From NCBI GenBank assembly GCA_050084515.1, contig CM114271.1, forward strand, positions 14,446,001-14,510,000: a stretch of 64,000 bases of DNA, in the 5' to 3' direction. This stretch comes from Blasia pusilla (taxonomy: Eukaryota). The notes beneath the pieces are model-generated. The model did no database searches, was not told the origin of the DNA, and was given only the letters and a program-made list of their open reading frames with translations. Positions 27,012 to 40,215 of the stretch are shown here, in pieces. The position numbers were made by a program, and so were the translations under genes. The first letter of the stretch is position 1, and each line of letters starts with the position of its first letter.

Positions 27012-28089
27012 ATCTAGATGACATCCACGAGAAAATTTTTAGGTAGTTTATAGGCTAGGTTGGCTGAACTAGGATGTAGACGTGATAAGTTGCAACCCAT
27101 GCAAGAGTTTGAGAGATAAGATAATAACTTGAGGGCATGAAGAGAGTGGTGAGGAGCTATGGGGGAAAATCTATGTATACCTTCTACATCACCTACGACG
27201 TTTCGGGGTTGAAAATCACTAACTTATAAGTGAAATTTTTTTTCCTCCCCCTTACTTACTTTAAAGCCTTAAGTTTTAAAAAACTATGACCCTTATATTT
27301 TGTTAAGTAAATTTATATCCTTGATTTGTTTAGGGGCTTGAAAGTAAAGACAAGTATCCCTTTGCGTGGCGGTCTTATATTATTGCACTCGATAGTAGCC
27401 CTCAGCAAAACCCAAGCCATTGCCAAACATGGTAATGATATGTGAGGTGGAATTATCTGCATGTTTCCACTAACTCAATGTTTAGTGCAACTTCCACTTT
27501 CCCCATTACTTTGGCACCTATGACTGAGAGGAATTAAACCTCAATATGAGCAGGATGCTCATAAGACAATGCCGTCATCTCCCTAACATATCCTCTCCCA
27601 AACCTAGCCTATAATAATCTCAGAAAATGACTTCACACTATAACATGCACATCACTTGGCAAAAGATGACATACTGCGAATGTAATCATTGACCACTTGT
27701 AAATCACCCCTATTCAATTCATAGATCCAGGATGTAAGACTTGGCTACATGGACAAGCTTACATTTGAAATCACCATTTCAATATCAATATATTGGCCAT
27801 CACATGCATCATATGTGAACAAGGTGTTCGTCTTACCTGAGCACCGATATCAATTGCATAATATCTGATAGACACTGCCTGTAAGGTCATCTTGAATGCC
27901 TTCAAAACTTCTCTCACATACTTTTGATGAGAAATATTAATAGAATTTAGTAGACGCCAAAGTTCAAGGCTTGTTATTTAATCTAAATGACCTAAATTTC
28001 ATACTCTCAAACTTAGATTTCACACCTCTTTTATTTCTTCGTCTTTCTTTTCATGGTCTTTTCTAATAATAAGATTATACAACTAAAAG

Positions 28090-28820
28090 ACCATGAGCAT
28101 GGGACAGACATGTCCTTACATGCCCAACAGGTCCCATACTTGGGTTCTTTTGCCATTCTTGTGGCCCGCGTGGGCTTGAAACTTAGGAATGAGTGCGGGC
28201 TTAGCAGGGCAAGGATCAAACAAGTGAGCAGGCTATGAGCCTTTTCCTAGCCCGCACACGGCCTACACCATCCCATATTGACTTGCAGTCCATCATGTGG
28301 TTAGGATCTCATAGGGCCCATAGGCCTAGGGTAGGCTGGTGCGGGCTGCCAAGCCCAAATTCACCTTACGGGCGAGGCGGGGGTGGATGCACGCACAGGT
28401 GCAGGCCCGAAGGTTGTATGGAATTGGACATGTCCACGGACATGTTCAACAGGTCTCCTGCTCGGGGTTTTTCAGTACCCTGGTGGCCCGCGGGGGGTTA
28501 GATTAAGGGACAAGTGCAATAATCAGATGGCACTGGCCCGTGGAGGGTGGTGGGCCTATCACGGGCCAACGCAAGCTTAGGGCACACTGGTGTAGACTAC
28601 AAAATGGGAAATGGGTTCTTAGACAGGGTGCGGGCTAGTTGAGCCCAAATCTTCGTTGTGGGCGGGGCAGGCTTGGATGCCGGTCGCGGGTACCCATGCG
28701 CGAACGGACATGGACGTTGTCTGTGTGCAACCTTGTCAGGTTGGCACAAACATGTTCGTCTTAGGGATAGACATAAGTCTATGGACATGGACATATCCGT
28801 GGATACAGACTTTTTTTGTG
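28090..28820. mobile_element. GC-rich non-autonomous element with GGACATGGACAT subterminal motifs
   Basis: Repeated GGACATG/CATGTCC motifs; its right end resembles 29840-29885. Confidence 0.45.
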
Positions 28821-28849
28821 TGCAACCTTGACATATATGCTATCTTTAA

Positions 28850-29400
28850 AAAAAGCGAGGAAAAATTACTCATGAGGGATTCTTATAGGGGACATTTTCT
28901 TTGAAGAATGTATCTATCCATTTATACCATATCTTAGGGAGTTTCTTAATCCTATATAGTGCATGATGAAGCAAACATATTTTCTCTTGTCATTCTAAAC
29001 AATCTTGTGCAACCAATCTTGCTTTAAGTTTATCCAACATACCATTGGACTTGTAGTTAATATTGTACACAAACTTGTAATGAATAATCTTATTATCCTT
29101 CGGCTTCTCAACCAAAGGCTACGACTAATTCCCTTGTTTGACCTGCATCTCCATCAACATGGCTTCTTTCCATTGAGATTTGACAAGAATTTTCTCCACC
29201 ATACTCATTGCTTGACTTCAAAGCGTCGGTCACTATGGCCATATTAACAAGATGTCCATAAGCTTTATTTTAGTCCTCAAAGTTCTTGGGTCTCCTCAAT
29301 TTTGTAGTAACTTCATCTATAGCTAATGGATCCTTATTATCTTGAAGTTGCTTCATCTAATTAGGATATAACAAATGTGGTGGAAGAACAACATCTTTGT
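28850..29400 (-). pseudogene. Ty1/copia reverse transcriptase relic
   Basis: Minus strand reads LVEKPKDNKIIHYKFVYNINYKSNGMLDKLKARLVAQD, which contains the copia KARLVA motif. Confidence 0.75.
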
Positions 29401-29599
29401 TCTCGTCACTTGATTCTTCCTTTGATGATCTAGTGTTAACATCAATGGTATACTCTAATGGGTTATCGCTTGAGGATTTTTTAGGAAAACTCCTAATATC
29501 CTCCACTTGACAAGGTTGTTTCTAGAACACCACAAGGATCATTACTTACAAGCATTATATTATCCTTCAAACACCATAAAAGCATGGTTGCAAAAAAAT

Positions 29600-29885
29600 G
29601 GACAAGTCCGTCCTTAGGACAAACGAGTTTGGGCATGTCTACGGACATGGATTGCAAGAGGTGGGAACCACACGTATAGTTCATGATAGAAAGTAGGGCA
29701 AGGGCAAGTAGGGCAATAAGAGGGAGGAAGTGGAGGTGGAAGGAGGAAGAAACGGGAAAGTATGGAACACGAAGGCAAGTGAGGACAATGGGAAAGAAGG
29801 GGAAGGTTGGGCCCACATGGGAGAAAGTCCTTCCATAGTCCGGACGTAAGTACATGGACATGTCCGGAGATACAAACTTTGTCCA
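29600..29885. mobile_element. MITE-like element; inverted copy at 38037-38295
   Basis: GGACATGGATTGCAAGAGGTGGGA...CATGGACATGTC here; the reverse-complement equivalent lies at 38037-38295. Confidence 0.6.
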
Positions 29886-31686
29886 TATTGAAGCTTGTAT
29901 AAAGAGATAGCCTTTAAACTCATCTTCTATCCCATGCATGAACATGTACCTTAACCATAGTCTAAATGCTATGTTAAATGGACTAGGACTCTATAAGATA
30001 AAGGTCTGTATTTAGCGATGAGAGTTTTTTTGATTTGCAAAAAACTCATTGCTTGACGTATAACTAATGGAGTAGCAAGAAAGGGGAAACAATAATTCAA
30101 AACAAATTTAGATTCTTTTTGTGTACCAAGTATACTAGTAGGAATAATGAAACGAATAATGAAATGGTTTATAGCACATGGACTAGTATGGAGCTTCTCT
30201 ATTTCAAATCCTACCTTAATCTTTGCACTCTTTTGGAGTTAGATTTATAATTTTCTAATTAATTCAAAATAGAATAATCTATTACCAAAAAAAAAAATTA
30301 TGATGTAATACTACTATATTGGAAGAAAAAATGTGGAAAAAAAAGGATGGGGATGGGGAAAAATGCAAAGGAGGGGATTCAAATTTCAAAGAGCTATGGA
30401 TATCAAGGACACACCCAACAGATCAAAGAAAAGGTGGAAACCCCTAAAAATCTATTTTATTAACGGATAATACCCTCTTGATTTTCGAACACTTTTCCTC
30501 ATGACACTTCAATTTTCAACCAATCCGATTATGATATGTATCTTTAAATCACTAGAGATCAATTTGGGAGGTCATTTGAGTCACAAGGGTGGTGATGATG
30601 GGTACTCATATTATTATGGGTGTTAGCTCATTTTGAGAACCTATGAATGAATGTCACGAGCAAAATTTGTCCGTGAAGGCCATTTAGGAAGACTTTCTAA
30701 TATTTTCTTAGTTTTACCCTATACTAAGTTAAAAAGTAGAATGAGGGGAAGGTTTAAAAATTCTATTAATTTCATAAATTTACATTTTAAAATTTAAATT
30801 TTCAAAATTTTAAATTTGAATTCAATAAGGAGAAATCGATAATTATAATAAAAAAGTATTTTTAAATCTTTAAATGAAAGTTTTTCTCAAAGGAACCCTC
30901 CAAAGTCTCTCCCTTATATTTATTTTGTTTTTCCTTTAAAAATTTTAAAATTATTTAAAACATTCATGCTAAAAAGTGTTAAGAAATAAAAAATCAAGTT
31001 TAGTTTGGAGCGGAAATTAATTCAAATCTAAACTATTAATAGGTTTTCAGATGGCGACGCAGGATAATTCGGCAAATATCTTTTGAATCGTGGCATGGGT
31101 AGGGGGAGGGGGGCATTCAAGTAATGGAGACGATAGGGACCATGGGATATATTCAATTAGTGCATCCTTCATCCTCACAGGTCCTAACTAGTATGGAAAA
31201 AAAAAGCATAACAAGAGAGATTTGGGACAAGAATTCTTCCTTGTAGTAATGAAAGACATTTTGTATTTACATTATTTTTTATTTTTAAGTTCCATTGAGA
31301 AAAAAATTTAAACTCTACCTCCAAAAGAATAATTGATCAAAATGAATGAGTTTTCTGATTTTATTTGAAAGGTGGAGATAGAAAACAAAACCGTAAGGTT
31401 TTTCCATCTACACTATAATGTGAGGGGCAGTTATGACATGAAGACACATGTCTCGAAAACACGGCCTAGTTTGAAATACTCTATTGTATTTCAGACTAGG
31501 CGTACAAACACGGGCCAAGGGGGTGAAAGAAGAGATATGAAATTTTTTCTTAAAGCAAAATTACAAATGCATCATTAAAAAATCTACAATGTTAAACTCC
31601 ATAAATTCATCATGTCCAATACCCTCGCATCATCACTCCCCAATCATCTCACTAAATTTAATACTTTAAATTACAATCATTAACAA

Positions 31687-32013
31687 GGATCCTCGTCCTC
31701 ATGGAAAGCCATGAACAAAGATGGATTTGAATTACCATCATTAACTTAGATCCTCGCCCTAATGGAAAGCCACGCAGATCGCTTTAAATTACCATCATTA
31801 AGTTGGATCCTCTTCCTCATGGAAAGCCATGCAGATCGGTTTAAATTACCATCATTACCTTGGACCCTCGCCCTAATGGAAAGCCATGCAGATCGGTTTA
31901 AATTACCATCATTAACTTGGATCCTCGTCCTAATGAAACGAAAGCCATGGAGATCGGTTTAAATTACCATCACTAATTTGGATCCTCGTCCTAATGGAAA
32001 GCCATGGAGATCG
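31687..32013. repeat. Minisatellite, ~57-bp unit, about 5.5 copies
   Basis: Unit GATCCTCGYCCTMATGGAAAGCCATGCAGATCGGTTTAAATTACCATCATTAACTTG repeated head to tail. Confidence 0.92.
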
Positions 32014-32853
32014 GCAAGAGGAGAAAGAAAAAACAACTATTCGTCCCTCTTCCCTAAACCCTGGCTATGCCGTTCCTGACCCCCTTCTTTTGTACTTTCG
32101 ATGGTTCTCCATCACCCTTTTGTGTTTCTTCATCAGTCGCATGTCGAAGGAGAAATCAGAACTTGAAAAGAAGAGGGGGGACTTTCTTCGGAAGCTGTTT
32201 TCACGTGGCAGCGCCGAGTGTGAAACGAGGGCATGGTGTCGCACGTCGATGTTGTGATGGCTGCGAAGAAACTCAGTCGCCTTCGGATGACGGTTGGAGT
32301 TCTTACCACGGAGACCCGCCGATGGTGATAGGACTATTGGCATGTCTCTAAAAGATCCGAAGTGAAGTTTGCCATGCTCTCAAAGAATGTACATTCCCAT
32401 CGATTCCAAGGGTATGTAAGCACTATGATTAGGCGAAAATGGTCGTTCTCGGTTGTTGTTGGGGGTTCCATGAAATTCGACGTTAACAGTGTGTTTGGTC
32501 CTCTCCCAACTGATTATTGACCGTGAACCTCGGGACTTGCGCTGTGACTCCAAGCTGCTCTCGTTAATGAGGACGATTACATTACAACTCAAATCGCTGG
32601 CTCGCTAGACTACGGGACTTGTGCATACAGCCAGCAACGATCGTGCCAGAGCTATGGTTTTATGGTTTCGATCTTTGTTACCTCCAGGGTTCAGTGCCTG
32701 GGCTGCTGCTCCAAATGGATGCTCTACTGTGTGGGGAGAATGTTAAGTCAACTCGTTTGTTAGGACTACTTGGCAATGGCCTTCTATACTGAACTTCGCT
32801 GATAGGTTCGAATTTTCAGCGTGTGGAGAGAACTCTCCAAAGAAATTGTAAGC

Positions 32854-35467
32854 CTACATCACTGCCCTTTCCCCTTGTTGGCACGGCCCCATGTGTATAT
32901 TTATGTGGTCAGGGTTCATACTCTTCACCCTACAGCACTGCCTTCGTGGATTCTGCGCACAAACCAAACGGACTCAAGTTTACGTTCTCAGAATTCAATT
33001 AGCTTCATCAGTTTGATGAAGCTAACTTCATACCCACTTCATCAAAGTGCTTTTCAAACCTTTCACATCATAGCACTCGTAGCTCCAAACACAAATTGAA
33101 ATGAAGCCTTCCCCGACTGCTGTCAAGCAATGACCTAAACTTGAAAGCTCGAGGATGGGATGAGATTAGCGGGAAAAAGAAAGGAACCTGAAACCAATCT
33201 TCTTCAACTGGTTCACTTTCCACGAATATCTTGTCCACAAGAGATAGGGGAAGGAGCTTTTCGTGGCAGCCTCTCACTCTGTTTGGCCTCTCCAGCTTCT
33301 CATACGCGCTGTACCTGAAGGTCTCGTTCAACACTTTCACATCAAACAAGTAGTAAGGTGCCGGCTCATCACATATCTCTTTGGCCCTGGATCGAGTGTT
33401 CAATGGGAAAGCATACGACTCTCTCCTTTTATGCCAGCTCATGAAAGTAAGCATAGGCACTTCCAGCTCATGAGGTGGAACAAAGCCTTTGTAGACGTGA
33501 ATCACATATCCCCATGAAACCGAAAACGACCACTGCTTTTCTGAGTCGTAACAGATGGACTGCTGAAGAATGTTGTGTGGGTCAACATTGATAGCCTTTT
33601 GAAGCGTCTTCAGGGACTGAACACGCTTCTTGCCGGGGAAAAGCGAGTGGATTGCCTCCAGGTGATGGAGAGAGAGGATAGGAGCCACCGGGTGTGCTGT
33701 GAGAAATCCGCTAAGATCGCCCCTTAAATCGACCTGTGCATATGGAGAGGAGAGTACAGAGCGTCAGTGACACCATATCTGATATGAGGAAATACGCAAG
33801 AACCAGCTTCAGAACCCTCGGGGATCATCGACCTAACCGGTCCAAATTAAGACTGAACTGCACCACAACTTCATTTTTTCTTAGAATACGATGTTTCAAA
33901 GCCGTTTGTTTGGGTGCGGGTCTCAGACGCATCAGCTGCAAGTCACCGTGAAAAGGCAATCAGAAGCTGAATTTTTCAGACATGACATTTATGGCCGCAA
34001 GGTCACAAGAAAGTAGGCCGCTCCACCAGTCTAGATGTCACCCGTATTTCCACAGGAAACGCAAGAACTTCGGATTGTCAACCATGGTTCAACGAATATT
34101 TTTCACCAATCAGCAGGTAGACTAGCATATATCCACCGGCTCTCTCCTTCTGACGATTGGATCACGCGAAGCAGTCGTCACAGAGATGTGCACAGGACCT
34201 GATGGTTCTAAAGGCCTCCAGGTACGAAACCGTAGAAACACCCCTTCATGGCAGACATAACACATGACCCCCAGCCAGGTCTTTGTCTCGGATGGTAGGA
34301 TAATGTGATCAAGCCGTCCTTAAAAAGTGCTTAGGATCTGAGAGATTTCAGAGCCTAAATCAACCCAGGAATTCCGGTCCAGGAGTCTGGAGTCCACTTC
34401 AAGCTCACAATAGGTCGCCCTCGATGTGAAGCTGAAAGAACCTGGACGGCCAATTCTAAACACGCATCACAGACAGCAAAACACGGAAAATCCTTCTTGC
34501 ACATAACACTGCAGGACTCTCTCTGTGAAGGACAGGGATCGACCTGGTGGAAACCCGGCTCTTTCGTGAGTGGAACCCCCAGCTCACTCATGCAAGCCTT
34601 CATCCGGTCATCGCTGCCGAAAAGCCAACTGTACCTCTCCATGCACTCGTCCTGGATCTCGGAAAGCTCCTTCGCAAGAGCATAACTAATGGCGAAACCG
34701 CCACCACCATACGCCATGTTGTAGCTAAACAACTGGTTTTGTATATGATCTTCGGAGTTACTTCCGATGTACCATCTCTTTCTGTGATCGTACTTGCTAA
34801 GAACCTTCACCAAATTCTCTGTGAAGAAAAATGTGTCGTCGTCTCCCATCACAAACCAGTCCACATCGGGCAATCCTAGTCGGAAAGATTCCGACACAAC
34901 GCGTGAGATCCTAATTGCTGCCTTCCGACCCCTTCGATGCGTGTACTTGAAATGCGATATATCCTCGGAGACTCTGTACGGAGGGTCACCGACAGTCCAG
35001 TTGCTCCCCAAGTCACGCTCCGTCCATATGTAACCTCTCGTCTCTGGCTTCCACCATACTTTCAGGAACTGGCTCCGGTTAGTCCACAGATCAGCAGATG
35101 CTCCGATTCCGAATACAATTCGATCAATGCTCGTCTGTCTGAATTCTTCCGACACACTGCGAATCTGCCTGATCTCCGCCTCCGAGCTTTCATTCACGAG
35201 AATTAGAGACGACAAAGCTTCCACACTTAGTCTACCAGTCAATCGGCCACCACGAGTCGCTTTCCGGAATTCGCAGGCTTCATCATCGCAGTGAGGCGAC
35301 CCGTAGGTCCAATAAGGATTGCTGCTCACCAGCAAAAGAAAGACATATATGCAAGAGCAGGCGCATCCTATTCCAATCATCACGCTCAAGCGCGACGAAA
35401 ACAACGCCACGATCTGTTCCATCCACCCCGACTGCGCCTGCTGCTTTCCATGCTTACCACCCGCCAT
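32854..35467 (-). CDS. DUF604 / fringe-like glycosyltransferase, copy 2, 522 aa
   Basis: Exons 35467-34544, 33733-33188, 32952-32854. Same intron positions as copy 1, and exon 2/3 lengths are identical (546 and 99 nt). All motifs intact. Confidence 0.93.
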
Positions 35468-36369
35468 TTTCCGCAACGCAACGTCCCTCCGATCCGCCTC
35501 GAAATCGTTGATCCCTTTCGCAGACGAACCCGCTCGAATTCCCGCACTCCGATGACAACCCTCTCCTCGCTACTCCCCCCGGCTCCTCATCAAGTCACAG
35601 TGACACCGCAGTAGAATTCCCGGAGGGTACGCGATCCTCGCCCCCGCCAGATCATCTCCGGATCGAAATGCTTATGAAGTCTACAGGGAAGTGGAGCGCA
35701 GGACCACGACATCGGAAGACACCGAGGACTGGACAGCGCTCCCCGAACACGGCAAGCGCTAGAAAACCCGCATATTAAAACTCCGGATCGATTGCACGAG
35801 CCCAGCCGAGCCGAGCCGAGCTGAGCTGGGCACATACAAAGAAGCTACGAGCTCGGTCGCCCCCCGGGAACGGCGTAGTCATGGGAAGCAGCAGTTGGCT
35901 CATATGGGCGATCGGAATAAGATCGCTCAAGTGATGGCGCGCGAGTACAGGAGCAAAATAAATGAAATGAAATTAGCGTGAGGAAAGCTCATTGGATTCG
36001 TCCGGATCGTACCGATGACATTACTTCGGGTAATTGCTTAACCCACCCCCCCCCCTCCTCCTGCGGAGAACGTTTGCTATGTCACCCCTCATTCACGGAA
36101 AAGGTCCGATTAGGGCTTTAATAAAGGAGGCTAATTGGTGATTAGCCACGATGCAACTATTAGCGTCTGGATTATGATTAGAGTAATTTTACCATTGGCT
36201 AGGTGTCGGAATCTATATTATTGTTAGAGAGTGAGATCATTTTTCTTTTTGACACGTGTCCTTTTTAGCCAATTGAATCATTAGCTATCTAAGGCAATCG
36301 AATCGTTCCAATCCCATTGTACATATAGGATGGGAAATTCAAAATTATACATCTGTGCACAGACACCGA

Positions 36370-36670
36370 TTAGTGTGATTAGAAGTTGGATACCGTTAGT
36401 CTTCTGCTTGTGATTACCCACCCACATGATATTAGCAAGTGGTCTGTGATTAGCCTTCCGTTTACCATTAGCCTTCGGCTTGTGATTGCCCATAGGGTTG
36501 TAATTAGCAGCCAGATTGTGATTAGCTGCCACGCTTCCATTAGCTTCCGCATGTGATCAATTGCCGGGAAACCATTATCCCTCGCCTCGTGATTAACTAT
36601 TGGGTTGGCATTAACAGTCGGCCTCTTACGGGGGTAATTACCGATAAGAGGCCGACTATTAATGCCAACG
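36370..36670. repeat. Degenerate short-period repeat array rich in (G)ATTAG / TGTGATT
   Basis: More than ten recurrences of TGATTAG/ATTAGC-like motifs at irregular ~20-bp spacing. Confidence 0.6.
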
Positions 36671-38036
36671 CTAGGGAGACGCTTAAGCAATTACCTCGAC
36701 ATCAGATAGCTGCTTAAGTGGCCTCCTAGGGAACTTGTGATATTTAAATGAGTGGTTTTAAAGATTTTTGAAGGTTTACTTTTTAAAGAAGAGAAAATAT
36801 TTTCAAACATACATATAAGATGTCATGTTATTATCTCTTATAGAAAGAAAGAAACCAAGAAGAGTCTTGTGACATAGAGGTGGACATGGTGAGAGAGAAA
36901 GAATGGCCAAGAGACAAGGAAGGGATATGGAAGTGTATAATGAGAGTTCTTCATGCAACAAATGCATCCTATACACTTGGTATCACTAGAACTCAATCAA
37001 TGTTAGTAAGCTAGCTAATCAAGTTCATATTCGCTTCACTATAATAATTTAGTGCAATGGTGGGATATCTATTTATCCACGCTCTAGGAATTGTGTAAAA
37101 AAACACACTTATGTATGTACACTTCCAAAAAATTAAATATATGGAAATGAACAGATTGTCAAGATGGATCAAGAATTTAAACCCACAAAAAGGTAAATTC
37201 TCAAATAGCCCCTTTATTCAAAGTTAAAAAAGGATATTCGTGCCAAGGATACTTCACAATAGGACTTAACATCATCCATTGGATTAATTTGAGGAATCTC
37301 TCGATCAAGAAGATAATCATGGGTTGAGCCAGACTCTTTTGAGGTCACAATAAAGCTCATCTTTAGCATTGATGATCGAGATTCAATCTCTTGTGATGGA
37401 TTCTTGACAGGTAGATTGCTAACTTCATGCTTGGTTTTGGCCAGAGTTCATTTTTTTCCAAATCAAAATTTGAGTTTCAAAACCTCCTCCAATATGTTGA
37501 TATCCTCAACATTAAGGAGTGCATGAGTAGGACAATAAGCATCATCATTCTAAAATGACTTTTCATGAGTGAAGACCAAAGTGACCATCTTCTTCTTCCT
37601 TGCAAGGTATATAAGTGTCCATTTGTTGTGGGTACAAGAATGCAATATCAATTAAGTGTATTGTTAGGATTTTTTTTTGGTCATAGCTAGGAGACATGTT
37701 TATTGCAATTTGGTTTCCATTGTTCATTACTTCTTGTATCTTGGATCACAGGTGCTCCCATGGTTTATACAAAGATAAACCAAGGGATAGTCTCTTCTCT
37801 TCTTGAGGGTCCCACTCCTCTAATGGTGGTTTTTTTTCCTTAGATTTTCATTTATTTTGGTTTATTAGATTCCCTCTCATCTTGAATGACATTTTTATAT
37901 TTGGTTCTATCGCCATGGAGTTGAAAATTCCTTCTCCTTGCGTATTTGGTTATACATGCCCTCTAGATCTTTCAACACATAATATCTCCTCCATATTTAC
38001 CTTCCTCATCATAAATCTCGCCAATTTTTCATGTGG

Positions 38037-38295
38037 TCAAAGTCCGTGTCCACTGACATGTCCATGTACTTGGACTTATGTCCGTCCTATGAAAGAAATT
38101 TTCCATATGTGGTCCACTCTTTCCCTTTCTTGTCCCCCCACTTGCCTCCATATTTAGCACTTGTCCCTTGCTTCCTCCACCCACCTCCACTCCCCCCCCC
38201 CCTTGTTGCTACCCGGCCTGCTCTCACCCTCTCACCCACCAGGACCAAAAAATGCAGGTCCCACCTCTTGCAATCCATGTCCATGCTAGGGACAA
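38037..38295. mobile_element. MITE-like element, inverted relative of 29600-29885
   Basis: AAGTCCGTGTCCACTGACATGTCCATGTAC...CACCTCTTGCAATCCATGTCC. Confidence 0.6.
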
Positions 38296-39765
38296 AATTT
38301 TCCGTTGTGTACAATCATGGATCTCACTGTTTTCCTCATTATACTCTTATACCCATTAGGCACTCTATATTTCTTCCCTACCATCCTCTTAACCCCTCTC
38401 CATATTTTCCCATTCACCATAATCTCAATCAATTACCACGAGATGCTACTACTTTGCAATCTTCACATACCTCATATAAACCCTAGCTTCCAACTTTCAT
38501 CTTCTCTAGCCTTATACCTCCTCCTCAAGTTCTCCTCCTTCCCCAACTAACTTACTCCCACATCATTGTCCATCATCATCTAGTTCACTTTCCACCTCCT
38601 CCTCTTGTAACCCTTCTTCTTCTTCTATATATATATATGTGCTTAAGGCTCTTTTCATACCTTATGATAAAAAACTTTCTGCTACTAGGATCAAAAGACA
38701 TCAATGGTATTGTCGATCTATTCATATGCCTTCAATCCCTAACTCTATATCTCGCACTAATTTGATTCATATATCATCTATGTGGACATGGTTGAGCCAA
38801 ATTGATCTCCTTCACCCTTCTTATCTTCAAGTTGGTCTCCCTCTTCCTAGACTCCATATATCTATATATATTCATGTATATCGCCCTTATTCCATCATGG
38901 AAGAAGAATCTATTTTCTCATGAGAAAGGTTAAACTAAGTGCATGATCCCGCAAATGGCATGCAATGTTTTGTAACTTCTATTACTCTTTCCCTAATTGG
39001 TTTTAGCTATGCCTCGAAGGAGAGATGCAATGGCTTATTGAGAAACCTCCTCATGTAGTTAGCACTTTATGTCTGGAAATTGAAATTATCTTCAAAATGA
39101 GTAGTTGATTTTAGTAAAGGCCCTAGAAACAACTCATCCCATCTAGCATATCAATCATTGGAGGCTTTCAATAGAAGAACGCCCTGGATATAGCCTGCAT
39201 TTGGGGCAAGTTGGTGAGTTTTCACATCCATCTTGACCATTGGCCCATTGGGATCTCTTTCTCAAACTATTCCATGTGCAAAAAAATAGGCACTCTTAGA
39301 TGATCCTTTCATCCTCCTTCAAATAACAACCTACCATCTTTTGTGGAAGATTATGCAATAGATCTTGATTTGGAGGTTTCCGAAACAACAATTCTTTATA
39401 CTTCTTTCTTTAGTGGTTTATCACCAAGTGGGCTATTGTGCATGGATTTGAGCATCTTTTCAATTTCTTTATTCCAATAGATTTTGAAATTGGCTTGATC
39501 TCTCTTTCTAATATATGTGCATATGTTGCGATAGATTGTCTACCATAATATATCTCTAGACTATAGGATTTTTGTTGTTTATATTTGCTATGGATAAGCT
39601 CCCTTTTGGCCATTATTGGCAAAGAATTATACCAATTTGTAAGTCAATCCATTTGATTACACTTTCGTTCCCCCTTTAACCCTCACTTATTTTCCACATG
39701 AGTTTAGAGTGTCCATCCCTCATGGTTTTGAGCCAATGGTTCATGAAATTTTCTCCACTCATGAT

Positions 39766-39971
<206 letters not shown>

Positions 39972-40215
39972 ATATACTTGAGACGCTCGAGTATCAAAAT
40001 ATCTCGAATAAATCAAGGTTCACTCCTAACAACAATATCTCTCCATGGTGCATACAAACCTATCTCTCTCATGTCAAACCAAACCCCCTCCTCTAATGAG
40101 AGGCTTGGCTTATTCACGAGGCAAGGAGGACCATAGCTCCACCGCCTCATCCCAACATGTTAAACAAAGAGAGAATGAGCTCCAAAGCTTTCTCTCTCCT
40201 TAGGTACACCCCCTT

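Noticed and set aside
31687-32013. CRISPR-like array
   Set aside because: Units are contiguous with no unique spacers, there are no cas genes, and the context is eukaryotic.
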